Shown: in pieces, positions 24,710 through 39,600 of the stretch
Layout: every line of letters starts with the position of its first letter
How positions within the stretch are numbered: position 1 is the stretch's first letter
Assembly: GCF_964194025.1 (NCBI RefSeq)
Contig: NC_134468.1
Coordinates: 71,982,001-72,046,000 of the forward strand
Length of the DNA stretch: 64,000 nt
From: Convolutriloba macropyga
Taxonomy: Eukaryota
Direction of reading: 5' to 3'
Program-made: the position numbers and the translations under genes
The notes under the pieces: generated by a model
What the model saw: the letters and a program-made list of their open reading frames with translations, nothing else
What the model was told of the DNA's origin: nothing
Database searches by the model: none

Positions 24710-27700
24710 AAAAGCAAAACTAAATTTTTAATAAAAAAACAACTTCTTCAACTATCCTCTCGGCAACTCTACAAATCGAACAATTTGATAAACGCCTAGT
24801 CTTCTCTGAACGCATGGGTTAATATTGCAATTAAAGTTTCATACAATTTCCTTAGATTTGAAAGGACAATTTCTTTCGTGACCAAAAAATAGGAAAGCAC
24901 AAATTTTTGAAAATAGTATTGGACGTTTCTTCAATATCTTAAATTGGTAATTTTGAAAACTTCAGTTTTAATCAATTTCAAAAATCTCAGTTTGTGAAAA
25001 ACAGTTTCAAAATTCTTTCTAGCATATTAAGAATTTAATTTTTATTGAGATATCATGAATGCCATATTAATTCCATTCTTTAAAACTTTTTGACGGAAAT
25101 ACAAATTACAGTTTTTAATCAACTCCTAGTTTTTCTCCGAAAAATTGAAAGTTAAAAAATTACACCAATTCCGGCGCACTTTTCATTTGAATTTTGGCAG
25201 TGAACTGTCGCTACTCGATTCCAGCTGTTGTCACTTGTGAATGAGAGAAATTTTGATCATGCTAAATTAAAGAAAGTCAATGGCCCAAAAGTCACACGAA
25301 ATGTCAAAACAGTCAAGCGAAAATTTTGCATAAAACAAGACCAACAGGTTTACAATAATTGCTTCAAACTTGCTTCGAGAGCAATTAGTCATCAGACAAA
25401 AATGAATTGATGGCAAAAAATGACTGATAAAAAATATTGAGCTGTTGAAAAGACATGTGAAAATGTTCTCTGTCGTCACTGATCGCAGTCCTTAAAAGTG
25501 ATCTTGTTTTTTGTGAAGGATTAGATTAAGATGTTGCTGAAATGCAAACATTGCTAAGTTGGCGTTCTGATGAAAACTGGTTTCATCAATCGGTTTTTCG
25601 CTCAAGTCTTGACAAGTTGTGCATTTCGTGGTTCTCGAAACATCACTACAACTTGAGCGTCAGATAAGATTCCCCAATTAATTGTTGGAATTAACAGGCG
25701 GATATAATTGAATCTACATGTATAATTCCTTTAAACGTATATTTAATGACATTTCTGTCATGAGTTTGCCGACTGTTTCTCCAACATGTTGGGCTGACGA
25801 AACAATGCTGAGATTCACAATCGTTTTCTCAACTTTTACATTTCTCTTTGGAAATAACTGCTCGGTGTGAATTTTTCAAAATATAAATTTTGCCTCTCTC
25901 AAGAACACACACGATTCCGACGCACTCTTTTCTTGTATTTTTTTCCGACGCACTTTAGTGGGGGGAGAAACTATATGCTCAACTGGTTTTTTTTTTGTTC
26001 AGTCAATTTTCGCCGATCGATATATTCATCGTCCAGAATTGAGTGACGTCCAGAGTTGAGGAAAGCTTTTCAAGTGTAGCATATCAAATTAGATTTTTCC
26101 GCTTAATTACGTTTAATGTTTTGTGAACGTTAGTCTCACTTCTGTTCTTTTGTTGACATTCTTCGTAATTTTTGCCGATAAATTTTGCTACAAATATGAA
26201 AAATTGTCAACAATAGTCTTATTATTTTCACGTTAAAATATATAAGAGTGTTGCGAATTGTTTGAACTAAACCTTTTGGCCAACAATTTTGGCTAAACTA
26301 TTGAAAATTCTGAATTTTAAAGTATGGTTCTTTAGACCACTTTATCCAAGCTGACCGATAGTGCAGACATAAGAAATTCCGACATAACCTTCATTTACTC
26401 AGATGGGAACCATTTTCAGCTCCAGTTTCCTAGAAAATATTCTGGAACTTATAATTTGGCGGCCTTAAGCTAACTTAAACCGATATTTATCAAAAATGCA
26501 TATTTTTTGATAAATTAAGATTTTCCATCGCCAAAAAAATCTATTACACAGTTATTGAAACCATGACCTTTAACATCCGCGCAGCGACAGCAAGGCCAGT
26601 TTCGTTCTCATAGTTGAATTTCGCCAAGAAAAGGGATTCGGATTGTATCTGGGCTGTCCTTTTAAAATAATTTGTATTTTTTTCATCCCAATAGCAGACA
26701 ACTGTTTTCATTCGGAAGCTCAATTAAAGAGAAACCCTATTTATTTTCAAATGAGGCTCAATGAAAAAAAATACTGAAATCTGAGTAAATCCCATGGTTC
26801 TATGACTCCGACAAAGTGTTTTCGTAAACTTTCAATGAATTCCTGAGTTTTGCAAGCATTTGCTGTTCTTCTAGTCTTATAACGGAGTTCAATTAATCAA
26901 AGATCTCATTTGCTATCTAAAGAGCTATTATAGAAACAATTTCATAATTTCAGATGATAACTAATAGTTGTTTGCCAACTTATCTTGATAAGAATCCAAA
27001 ACTAATAACTTATATTTAATATATTGTCATTAGTTTGACGAATTAGTTATCTCGGCAACAATTGGAAAAATTAGTTGTTTTGATGGACGAGCAGCAATAG
27101 CAAGATTATCTGCGTTATAATTATGGAGTTTTACAATTGAGAAGTTAATCGGATTCTAAAGAGGTGGTGTTCTTCTTTAATAATTGTTTGGCCTTTTTCA
27201 ATGTTAATTACATTTTAGATTGATTTGAAATCAGCTCTCAATTAATTAAAAGCCAAAATTACGGAAAAAATATGACAAAAAGAACATACATAACTATTTA
27301 GTCTTCATTGCTGTATTATCATCTATATAATGGTTCTTCGGCTTTGATACTATGAGTTTTCATAACTTTTTTATTTTGCACCTTTTCCAATCTTTGGGTC
27401 TCTTTACTGCTATCTAGTCTAATTACCACATTGATGGCGTTGAAACAAAGCGCAATTGATTATAATTAATACTTTTTAGAGCATATGTGATTTTAAAAGC
27501 TGTCAGACCGCTCTCTCGTAAAATTTATTCAACTTTTTTATTTGCGCTTGTATTTCCTCTTTATGAAGTACTATGACATGATGGATAAAGACAGGTCACC
27601 ATGGCTTCCTATGAGGTATAAATGTGTTGATCGGTGTCGGAACATTTTGCTCGAACTATGACCGGAATTTGTCTGCTAGTGACCTAATCTGTTCAATAAT

Positions 27701-28897
27701 ACAGAATGTTACTGTTGTCAAAGTTGTTATTGTGGTCAAAATTGTTTGGCGATTTTTTGTGGACCCAGGGATCAACTTAATTGCTCATTTTTCTGCTATT
27801 CATAAATAGTTACCCAAAAAAGATGACTAAACAAAATCTTCATTAAAGATAGCACAGATTTTTTTCATAAAAAAACCAAATTTTATGAAATATTCCTGAA
27901 TTCTGTTCCATTATTTCCTTTTTCTCCTCCAGATAAATTGTATATTTGATTCCAATTGATTTCACTTCCAAGATGCAGTGATGTGTTCCTGACTGGAGTC
28001 AATTAATTGTTTAATGATGAAGTTTTAAAGTAGCTGTTATTGATTTTGCAAACCATTTGACAGAAATCATCTGGTTTTAGAGCGCAAGGAACGGTTGCTA
28101 ATATTTTTCTAACTGAAAGATTTGCCGAGGAAGCAATATCTACTGTTCGCATAAGTAGAACACAAAAAATGGTTAAGTATTAATTTTTTGCATTTATTTT
28201 ACCAAGGTGATATGTAATGATTTATTTATTTTATATAAAAAAGCAGAGCATCCAATAACTTACGAAAAACAAACTGCCCATAGTTGTTTTTAGAAAAATC
28301 CGAAAAACAATTTTCTGCTAGCAAATTAAACTTTTTTGGCAATCGTGAGAGGTATGCTGGAACATTGTTTGCCATGCACAGACTCGTACGAGCTATCTTG
28401 TTTTTGAAAATTGGACCAAACTGATGCTTTTTAAGTTTTGCATCCCACTCCTTAAAAATTCAACATAGGACAGTACTCGCATATCACAAGATTAGCTGCC
28501 TTGGGATCAATAAAACTTACAGAACAAAACAAGATTCAAGTTTATCTGAAATTCACGAGTAAAATGGGTTCAAATTAATCACTTCTTAAACAAAATAAGC
28601 CACAAATTCCACTTCCCGTGATCAAGCTGAACGATTTTTGCGTACTATGGGCAACTTTTTGCTACTGCTGGATAAACCGGACATTTTCCTGGAGTCTTAT
28701 AGCAAGGAATTTAATTAGTTTTTAGAAATAAATTTTTCAATATTTTCTTGCAGCCTTATTCTTTCCACTTATTTCCTTCGACCATATTCACAAAACTTTT
28801 GAACAGACGACCCAGACTTCCAGACCCGATGCCATCACAGCAGTTAAGATTACGGATTGTATTAAACAAAAGATTGGGTGGATATCACTTTCTTAGG

Positions 28898-29157
28898 TTA
28901 CTTCACATCTATTGTTTCCTGTATTTAGCAGGGCAGATCATAATGCATTATCCTATAACACATGATTAAGAATTTAATCTTGGAATAAATTGTTTGACTT
29001 ACCGGTGAAAGTAAATTTCCATCTGATGATTGATCTCGACCTTTATTCATTTTGTCAGCATTTTGATTGCTTGCTTGATGGGTGTCTCTGTTATAAGCGC
29101 TCATTTTCTCACTGAGAGAACTTGATCTCATTTTATGGCTTCCATACGCATACAGAG
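28898..29157 (-). CDS. Two candidate terminal coding exons (29157-29003, 28918-28898), possibly the 3' end of the KHDRBS-like gene
   Basis: ttag|CT acceptor is in phase 1, matching the 36677 donor. The exon is open and ends CCG|gtaagt, followed by an 84-nt intron, tacag|GAA and ETIDVK-stop. No recognisable homology. Confidence 0.3.
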
Positions 29158-29377
29158 CTAACTATGAAACAAATAGCCATACAACCACTCTTTGATACAA
29201 TAGCCATTCAATCCACATTTGTCACTGCCAAATTAGCATTTTTGTTTGCAATACACTATGAGACCAAGAAGCTACGTACACCTAACGAATTTTGAAGCGC
29301 CACAGACCTCAATTAATACAATATTTTAGTTCAAATAAGTCCTCTAGTAACAATTCATTACGTTGTTGGTTTTTTTA

Positions 29378-29751
29378 AACATAACCGACTAACGTAGGGC
29401 TAATTGCTCTCAGACGACCGGCGAGCGGTTGACTTCGTCAGCAGCTAGCTAAGGTTTAGTGAGGCTAACTTTAGCTTAATTGAAGGGGCATGAGGTGAGC
29501 ACGGCGGGGGGGGGGGGGGCTTCACATCATGAGTATACGCCTCCAAAACAGTTTCTGTCAATCGCATACTTGGATATTAGTGAGCTAAAAGGGTCTAAAC
29601 GAACTCAATGCCCTCTGGGCGCTACCTGTTATCCTGTTTTTGAGGAAGAAAAGTCAGATGCGTCAGACGAATATTCGGTCAAGCAAAAAAACGCATAACA
29701 AAAGACCACATGACTAATATAATTGCTTCAAACTTTGTTTGAGAGCAATTA
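29378..29751. mobile_element. HINE-like element, family C
   Basis: CCGACTAACGTAGG plus AATTGCTCTCAGACGA, ending TAATTGCTTCAAACTTTGTTTGAGAGCAATTA; the interior matches 16427-16795. Confidence 0.7.
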
Positions 29752-32700
29752 AACATCAAATAGACGATTTGTATAGCTTTCACACAAGTTTCCTACGACA
29801 ATTGTCAATTCTCTGACAGTTATTTCTTTCAAATTTTCCTTAAGAACTGTCTATTTTCGTAAGTTTGTATTTGTGAAATTGCCTATAAATTTTCAATTAG
29901 ATTCAGATCGGATTTATTCGCTGACCATTTCGGTACCGGCCGTTCTTTTTTTCGTAAGATCTTGAACCGCAAAATTTTTCTTGACTGGACTCATTCCCTC
30001 ATTGAATCTATTATCTAAGAAATTTTATAAAAGGCCTAAAAGAACATAGCTGGCAGATTGCCAGACAATAGCTGCGATAGCTTCGAAGACCTATAGTCTC
30101 AAAACGCCATCTATTAAAAACAATAGGGAAGAAAAATTTCATTTATTACGGAATGCCGAAAGCCAAATTACGACTGGAAGATGAGTTGGTTATTTTGTTG
30201 GAGGGAGAGACAGGTTTTCTTTTTCATGCCACCATTTGAAAGAGCGAGAGAAAAATGTAGACGTTGAAAAAATTTCGCTAAGAGCAAAGTTTTTCGTTCA
30301 CTTGCTGCAATTTTAACGCTTCTTTTGTTTAAGCTCATTCTCTCGTATTGAAAAGTCTCCACTGGGCTCCATTATAGTTTTAAGGTGGCTTTATAGTCGT
30401 TTTGACCATATTTTGTAGTAAGCGGGCCTTTATGGTCAACTCTAACATTATGAACTGCTATTGTGATTCTAACAAAATTTTTTATCAGATTTTGGCCAAT
30501 ATTTAAAGTTATATATGTCCAGGCATGATTTAGTGCCAGAAACATTCTTTCTGATGGTTTTCCTCAAAGATTAATGCCCTTTTTGTTTGTTTTTACTAAC
30601 ATTAACATGAGAAAACTAAAGAAAAAAAATTACCGAATTTGACAGTTATTCCGTTTTAGTTACATTTAGCACTCTTTTTTGGAAATTAACCATAAGTTTA
30701 ATTCTTTCGTTTCAATCTACACCAATTGATACCACTCTTGTTGTTTAGTAGCTGGGTGCATAAATGATGGGCAATTACGGCAAATTGAATTTGGTTTACA
30801 ATTTTTCATTATTTTCAAATAAGTTCTTTACGCTTGTGGTGTTTTCAGCTTTTTAAAAACTTTTGGATTACCTATAGACCTAAATTTCTAAGAATTGATT
30901 GGGACAGATTTTCCATTACAGTACACTTTACAAGTGTTGTGTCGACCTTAGGTGTATAGGTAATCACGTCTCAAAAGGTGTACATTACGGAGGGCTGTGT
31001 GCAACACTTTGTGCACTACGAACTTTGTCAGTACTTTTTACATTCCAAATTTTTGCTCTAGTTATGCAAACATGTGCAATCCAATTTCACATTTTACTCG
31101 ACTGAAATACAATACGCTTTCTTGCTGCTAATATCGTTAATCCCCTCAAAGTTGCGAACATAAGCGTAGTTCACACGGGTAACTAAGAACACAAGCATAA
31201 ACATAGCCTGTGCACGATTTCCCACTCCTGGCTTGTCATGTAGACTGTAAAGTTAGCTTTTCTATTGTAAAATTGCCGTAATTTACATCCGATACTGAAA
31301 AGTTGTTTTCTTTCTAGGTCTTTGTCATTTCTCTCGATTGTTTTCTGTTCACTATTTGGTTAAGATTGCAGTCGGATCCAAAGAGAGAAACCATGTTCTT
31401 CCAAATAGTCATTAGGGGGTTTCTCTTTGATCGTCTTGGAATGAAGAGAGAATGTTTGGTTTGATTCTTAAGTTTTTCAGGTTTCAGTTTTTAATGACAA
31501 TTTTTTACCAGGCAATGATCACAGAAATAGCTCAAGGTTGCACATCAAACTCTAATATATGATTGAGATGGACGAAAATGCTCCTAAACGTACAATTACT
31601 AGTTAATTTTGTTCAGGAAACCAGTTTACCCAAAAAGTAAAGTAGAAACTAAAAAACTGTTTCAAAAAATCCGCACGTGATCAAAACATTTTGCTCGTTT
31701 AGCTAAATTTTTGTTCACGCCAACTTTTCTCGCTCTCTCGCAAAAACGCGGCGTCAACAGAAAATCACTCTCTCTTCTCTATGCTCTTCAATTCACTCAG
31801 CCGTTTTTTCTAAATATTCAGTTTTCACGTGCGGCATTTGACTTTTACATTCTGTTTTATATACACTCCAAAAAATTGTTGATAAAAAGCTGCGCCACCA
31901 ATACTCCTCGAGTCGTAAGATAGCGCACCAAAAGGAGAGCGCCTATGCAAAAGCAGTTCAGAGATTGACGGCGGCTATTAAAAGTTGATGATAACATCCA
32001 GAAAATAGCTTTGAAAATTAACTTATCTTTCGTTCTATTGCTGGAATTATTAAAAATATTTGCCTGAACAGAACATCATTATCCAAGATCAAAAAACCAA
32101 ACTTACTCAAATGCCTGGAAAGCAAGAGAAAACAGACAAACTAAAAACAACCATTGACGTTTCTCTTACAAACTTTTAGTTTTCAATTTATTATGAATTA
32201 AGTAAACTGTTTTTCGAAATCCGTTTTCTTTTACAATTTTGTATAGTTTCCTGGCTGATCGTTCTAACATGTTAATCGTTCTAAAATGTTTTCCAAAGCG
32301 TAGGCTGGCACTTTCAGTGCTACGGACAGTACAAGAAGATCCAACCTATAAATAAAGCTTTCGATTTACCCCCCCCCCCCCCATCGTTGGATCTTGTCGA
32401 TATAATTCAAATTTCACATTGTTGACATTATCTAGCGGAATTCACAAAAAATCCCGTACTCCTACCTGCAGATAAAGGTCAAATAGCAACCAGCTAAAGA
32501 TTCGCACAGATTATCCATGTTTTAAAAATGGAAATACTTGAATTTTTAATTAAGAACAAAATATCAAAACAAGTTTACACAAGATATCGATGGGTGGTTA
32601 TGAAATTTAGTAGAGGTAACAACAAACGGCAAACTAAAATAAAAACAACATTCATTAATAGACTCGACTTGCTTCCAAGTCTTTCTTTCAGCATTTGTAC

Positions 32701-34330
32701 TTTTTATTCAGACAAGCAAATTTTACGACAACCAGTAGAAATCTTATACATCAATTTTGTTAACGAATTTTACTATCAGTTTTAATCCATTTTACATTGA
32801 CGTTATCAACATCACGGAAGTCCCTCCCAGATTGTTAACAAAAGTTATAAATACTAACCAAAATCATAGTTACGTATTACTTAGATTACAGTTTGCACTG
32901 GGAGGGTTTGCCGTGATTTCATTCGGAAGTTTAAATCAGCATCAAAAGTTATCAAGTTGATTCCTTTTACAAGCTAGGCAGTTTTATGGTTCATTTATTC
33001 AAACACAGCACAAAATATTTACTTTTACGGATGCTAAATATAAAGAGATGAGGTTTGACAAATCATATTCCTTTTACAAGCTATCATGTTCTTTTTACAA
33101 ATTTTTACTATAAAATGCCGTTGTATTATTACCAATTACCAGTTTCTTCAAATTTTTTAACCATATAACTCTACACATCCTAAATTAGAAAACTTAAGGA
33201 ACGATTTCAAAGCTTGAAAGTGAAAAGGAATACGGTTTTAGATGAACAATTGCTCCGATTGTTTAGATAGTGTTAGCTTTGAGTTTACCTGGGCTTTAAA
33301 AACTCAATCCTGCGTTTGTTTTATGGAGATAATTTGGCATGGGTGCTGTTGTTCTCTTTTACTGTTTGTTAAATTAAGCGGAAGATAGGGGTCATATTTC
33401 ATCAGTGGTGTTCAAATTACTCAAAAATTTCAATTGGATTTTGATTATTTTGAGCAATTTAATAGGGCGCGTATCGAGCGCTACCGCCTCCGAAACCTGA
33501 AAAGTAAACATTTTACGTTGTCATTATTTTAAAATAAAAATTTAATGCAATCAATTATCAAGACAACACTATTTTAAACGGCTATAACTGAAACGGGTCT
33601 TTTCCGTTATCGCCCCACCCCCTTTAAGTGGTGGCTTTTCGATTGGAACCCCCAAGCGCAGGCGGGCACAGTGATTGACAATGCAATAACGCATATATTC
33701 TAACTGGGAATGGGGCAAAATGTAGTCGGGAGTCAATAACGGAAAAGCTCCATCAGCGCAATAGCGGACCTCAGTTCTTGTTATGAAATACAAAAGCCTT
33801 CAGACAGCAAAAACACGCACAAATTAAATATCCCACTAAAGTAAAACGCATTGCTGAAAAAGGGCTGACGAGGCGAGCGCACTAAATCGAGCAAATAGAA
33901 TTCAATAGTCAGGTGGAAAATAGCACAAAAAAGAATTTATTTTGTTTTCTTGAATAAATTGCAGTAAAAAAACACGGACAGATAAGGAGACCAAAAAGAC
34001 TACTTAAGCAAACTGCCAAAGAATTTTTCTTGTATCAATCAACACAAAAGATTACTGAACGGTATTTAACGGAATTATCATTCTTAATAATGAAAAATAA
34101 ACTTCGCAAAAATAAGACAACCAACTTTATTGCAACACACGTCCTGGACAGCAAAACAACATTCAATGACTTTCTCAACCATAGCCGGAAAACTACCAAA
34201 CTATTAGCATTAGCAGAAATGAAAAAAAAACGAGTTAACAAGCAAAAAATATTGCGCTGCACAAAACTTCTGGAACATAGGTGTCACACATTGTTGATAC
34301 GGGTCATGTAAAAATTAATGAACATAATAA

Positions 34331-34782
34331 CAACCCACAAACGTCAGGCGAACTGCTCTCAAACGACGTGTGAGGTTGGTCAAACTCTAAGAACCACTGG
34401 ATCTTTTCCGTTTGTGCGCCCCATTCAGTACATTATGCTCCCTTCGCTTACAGTACGTGCCATTACATAGTAAATCATTACGTAAAAACGTGCGTCTGCG
34501 TTGTTCAAAAAATTTATGCCCACTAAGAGTGGGAGCACAAACGGAAAAGATCCCAACCGCCTTCCACGCCATGAATTTATGTCTTTAAACAGTTTCGGTG
34601 AATCGCATATTTAGAAAAAATAATGACATCCGGACTTCACCTGTTATCCCGAATTTGACGACAGAAAGTCAAACGGTCAAACCAAAAACCGATCATACGA
34701 GAAGTGTCGATAGTACGACAAATGTCATAAAGAAGACCAACGTGACTATTATAATTGCTACAAACTTCTTAGAGAGCAATTA
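34331..34782. mobile_element. HINE-like element, family C (diverged)
   Basis: GGCGAACTGCTCTCAAACGAC at the left end; TAATTGCTACAAACTTCTTAGAGAGCAATTA at the right end. Confidence 0.6.
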
Positions 34783-36676
34783 GAAAAGAGCGAAAACTTG
34801 AGAGTTCAAACCATGAGGTCAAAAAGTATTTGGAATGAAAAATAAAAACAACAGACCAATTGTAGGACTGCAAATACGTTACTGACAAAAACATCTCCAC
34901 TGAGAGCGGAAAACATCACAGTGAAATTGATCCAGAAACATTATCTAACGAAACTGATTACAACTCTCCGCTAGCAGAGTTCTTATAGAAAAAAAGTTTT
35001 CAACCGTTTTCCTGACTTTGACCTCTAGAGTTCAACTAATCAGAGAGATCTATTTTCTCCATTGGAGCACAGACATTTCAAGGCACAAACAAGGGGTGGT
35101 CAATTGTTCCTTACTAAAACCCAGGAAGGGGTATGGTGTCCCCAAGGGTCTTATAATGAACGCCTATTTTAATGCTTTTGATTTAACTTTGAGTAGTGAC
35201 CTGTCGCGAACAACTCAGCAGCCTAAAATCGGAATGGGAGCAATTCAATAAATGCAAAACAAGAAATCAAGCGTGAGAAAGTCGGTTGAAAAGTCAAATG
35301 GTCAATAAAAGTATTTGCTTTGAACTTCACCCCATACTTTTTTGAGTTTTTCAGTTGAATCTGCAAAATCAAAATGGCCTCAGCGAATAAAGCCCTCAAA
35401 CGAAAGTTCAATCGGCTAAAAATCCCCTATCACAAAATCTATGTCCACCTTTTGTTAACTGTGATTAAGTGATTTGGTTTGTTCGTTTGATATTACAGAC
35501 GTAGACAATTACAATAGCGAAGACCAATCGCAGTAACAAATTTTTATTTTCATATTTAATCTGTCGGTACAAAATTTTAAAGGTAGCAAAATGTTTCACT
35601 GTAGATGGCAACCAGAAACCCTTTTTGATATTAACTTGGGAGCATTTATCTGACACATTGTGATCATTTACTTAGGTTACAGTCGGAGTCAAAATTTCTG
35701 TTTTTTGTTTTCCGTTTTATTCATTTTATTTTTCTATTAATCATAGGATGATACTGGAGATTAATATCACTGAAACAACGCACCATGTTTGTTCCAACTA
35801 TTCTTATTTTATTTTGCGTTTAATTCGTTCTCGTTTTTGCGTTTTATGGTGTAGAATATCATTTAAGTTAAATTGCTTATAAATTATTTTAAAAGTTGCT
35901 TTCTATTTTTTGGCAACAAATCATTGCCAGATGGATCTTCAGGATTCCATCGTAGAGAAAACAGAATTTAGGTTTTCCAGAACTATGGTTTTAAAGGCTG
36001 CCAATTTTATTTCTTCAACTTCTAGAGTTTCTAGAGCATTAAAATTTTTGACAGGGTATAAAGCAGGTTATGCAAACAGTTTAAAGTTTAAATATTTTTT
36101 TTATTTTACTAACAATCATTAATTAGTATACGATGCAGTGAAAGGTAATTCCTGAAATTACCTTTGTTTCAGATTAGTTACTGATATCTACACCACGCCT
36201 ATAAATCTCGTATATTCAGCTTTTAACGATGGCATTGTCATTCACTCATACTAGTTATGCTTCACTTTTTAAAAAAAACCCTCGTCATCCAAAGCTTATA
36301 TCTGTTGGAATGGATCAATATCTCCTTTAATACATACCCACCTTACCTTTTAACGCTTATTATAATTGTATTTTGTGAAAAAAAAGTGTCTGGAAACCAG
36401 TTTTCCACCTTTCATTTTGTTTTTAAGACGTTCATCTTTCAATACTTACAGAGGATTCTCTTTCAGAGATTCGTCTGCACCTTTAATTTAGAATCTCTGA
36501 CTGCGTGTTATAGCCAAATTTCACAATATGACCTTACACAAAATCAACTTCAGAAAGCTTGGGTTACAAATTGTAAGACATATTTCAATCCAACAACTGA
36601 TCATTGCAAAAACTATACACACAGGTCATGATCTCAGGGATTATTAGCACTTGAGAAACAAAGAATGATAACTTAC

Positions 36677-39600
36677 CTCCAGCGCCTCTGCCTCCCTAAA
36701 ACAGACAGATAATCGGTTCCGTAATGAAAAAAATTACCTCTATTGCTCGCTCATTTGAGGGTCTAAAATTCGAAAGACCCCGAAGATTTAATTATTTGTC
36801 CATAACCGTTTGTTTAATATTTTCCCCTTGCAGTTATGTTTGACTAAGGTTTTATTTTCAGGGGACCTATATGAGATATCAATGCTCTAAGAAAGATATC
36901 AATGCTCAGCAAATGAAAAGTAATTATAAAACATCGGCGAGACAAGGACTATCTCTACTTCTCCACTCAAATATTTATGAAACTATGACTTGGTTAACTC
37001 ACCCTTCCGCCGCCTCTTCGATCACCGCCACCGACACCACCACCTCTACCTCCACCTCTCTGCCCATCATATCCACCTCTGTTTCCTCCACCGCCACCCA
37101 TTCCTCCACGACCACCTCTTCCTCCGCCGCGGCCAAATCCACCACCTTCACCCCCTCCACGACCACCGCGACCTCGGAAGCTGAAAATTTTAGTTAATAC
37201 AAATTTCGGATTACGGCATAACTATTTAATGCTGGGCCCAACTACGTTATAGTTAATTTACAGCTCTTCGTAATTTTTGTATCCACTAATACGGCAGTAC
37301 TACTAGCAAAATTGCTCATTAACATTGAATATTACGTCAACAAAGCAATAATACAGCTGCCTTCTACATCAACTGCGCAATAATATCGGTTATTACATAA
37401 ACAGCCCAACAATTGGCATCATTATAAGACTACTGACGTTATTTTCGTAGAACAGCTATACGCATACAAAAATACACACACATCTGATAAGAAGCCTTAG
37501 ACATTAACCGTTATGCTCCACTGGCTATGTACGGTCTCCTCTCATAATCAGTTTTATTTTAGCAACAAAAACTCGCATTTGAAATCAATAAAAACTTCGA
37601 AAAGTCGAGCGTGAAGAAGTCACTCAAAAAGTGTAATCGAAAAAATGATCTACATGAAAACTGTCAAGCGGAAATTTTGCATGAAAAAATACTCAAAATT
37701 CGTTGGAGAGAAATACAAACTTTTGAAAACGAATACTGTTAAAGTCTAACAGTTGCTTCTAGAGAGAATAAAACAATTGAAACTATGATGTATTAGAACT
37801 AAAATACCTCATTTTCTTAAAACTCAAGAAAAAAGTTTGAACAGAAAGAGAGCGCTCAAATACCATCCAAAAATTTTGCAATGTATAAAGGTCCCGGAAC
37901 AAAAGCCAACTGAGATGAGGGAGGCTAGCAAACTAATCTTATAAATAGATCTTTTAAGGAAGGAAGATTTCTAATCCTTCTCAAAAAAGCTGAGGTTATT
38001 CCCCTTCACAAGAGTGGCTACTTCGAGAAGGCAATGCTGAACATAGTTTAACTTCTTAGAAATATTCCAAATTCTGTATTGCAAACAGTATGGTTTTCGA
38101 AAACAGCATAGCACAGATGCTGCCTTGGTTGAAATTACGGAAAAGGTACCACTCAACGTAAATAAAGGATCTGTGAGTGAGTTTCTTTCTCGATCTCCAA
38201 AAAGCTTTCAACACCATTGAACACCACAGCTTACTCTTCAAACTTGAAGCTACAGGCATTCGAGGAATTGTCTTAAAATAATTTACTTCATACTTAGATA
38301 GACAGCAACGTGTGGTTGTTAACAGTTTTTCTTCCTGGAAGTATATCACCTCTGGTGTACCCCGGGGGTTCAATTCACGGACCACTTTTATTTCTTATCT
38401 ATATATTTGATCTTCCGCAGAGTTGTAGAATAAAGGAAGTTATTCCCTTAGCAGGTGACACAAATGTTACTGCTATTGGTAAAGTAAATTTTGCTATATA
38501 GAAAGATGTTGATAAATTAAATGAATGGCTAACTGCAAACAAATTAGTTGTTAACTATAAAAACAGTTCAATTAAACACTGGATCACGTACTACCAGTAT
38601 GAGCTCTAAGCTAGGTGGCAATAGTTTTCAAATTCAAACCAGTTTTTAAGTATCTTGACGTTTTCTTGATGCAAAACCATCCGTCAAATCATATATCGAT
38701 TTTGTAAGTAAGCAAAACGGCTTCGTCGCAAAATTAAGATATTATGTTCCCCGTGAACAAGTTATCAACTTTTATCGAAGTAACGTCAATTCGATCATAC
38801 ATTAAGGAGTTTTAGTATATGGAGGTTGTAGTTATTCAATTTAAATGCCAATACTTATTTCCCAGGAAAAATTTTGATGTTGAGTTAAAAGTGATCATTC
38901 GGATATTTTCCACCAAAACAACCTCTTAACTGTGTATGAATTTTACATCTACGAATTATTTAAATTTGTGCCAAAATGAATCAACTGCCATCATTGTAAA
39001 AGTTATTTGAATAATTGATTTCACTTTGAACAAGAAAAACCGAAAAGACGGTCAGTCATAGATCCTCAAAAACCTCTGTTAAAAAGAATAATAGGGAGGA
39101 AATAGAGAGAAAACGTGTTCCGTACAGAAGTAACAAAATGTACAACAAACTTCGGATAAGCAACATTCCCACAAGCGATCTTAATTGTGCAAATATCTTG
39201 AAATTAAAGTTCTCTCAACCTTAAGGAAGCCTTTTTGAAACAAAATGAGGAATTCGTTAAACATATTTGTTCAGTAGAATTTCCTTTTTTTCTAATCGTT
39301 GCTTGCATGCTAATGCAGCCCCATTCTAAGCCCTGATTCCAGCAAGAAAATTTAGCTCTTCTAATTTAGAAAGCAGTTTTCCTGATTTTCTGATAAAATA
39401 AAGGAACTTAGTAACTGTTTTTATGAAAAAATTATTTCATCACCTGAGTCGAACAAAGAGAAACCAAACAAGATTAAAAGCCTTGTAAACGAAATATTCT
39501 GACATTCATTCGTAACATCGGAATGGAAAAAGGGGAGAAAGGGTTTTTTCTTTCTTTATTTCAGAACAAAGTTAACAAAAACTATCATCTTTTAACACGG

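Noticed and set aside
31100-31245. Possible minus-strand exon after ttacag (VYMTSQEWEIVHRLCLCLCS-stop in phase 1)
   Set aside because: Compatible with the KHDRBS phase, but there is no homology or other support to prefer it; left uncalled.
1534-35656. Numerous 60-100 aa ORFs in the ORF track
   Set aside because: Low-complexity K/N/F/I-rich translations of AT-rich repeats, often with non-ATG starts and no recognisable motifs.
36871-37197. Plus-strand Ser/Thr-rich (108 aa) and His-rich (64 aa) ORFs
   Set aside because: They are antisense shadows of the minus-strand RGG exon 37180-37003, which has proper splice sites and phase.
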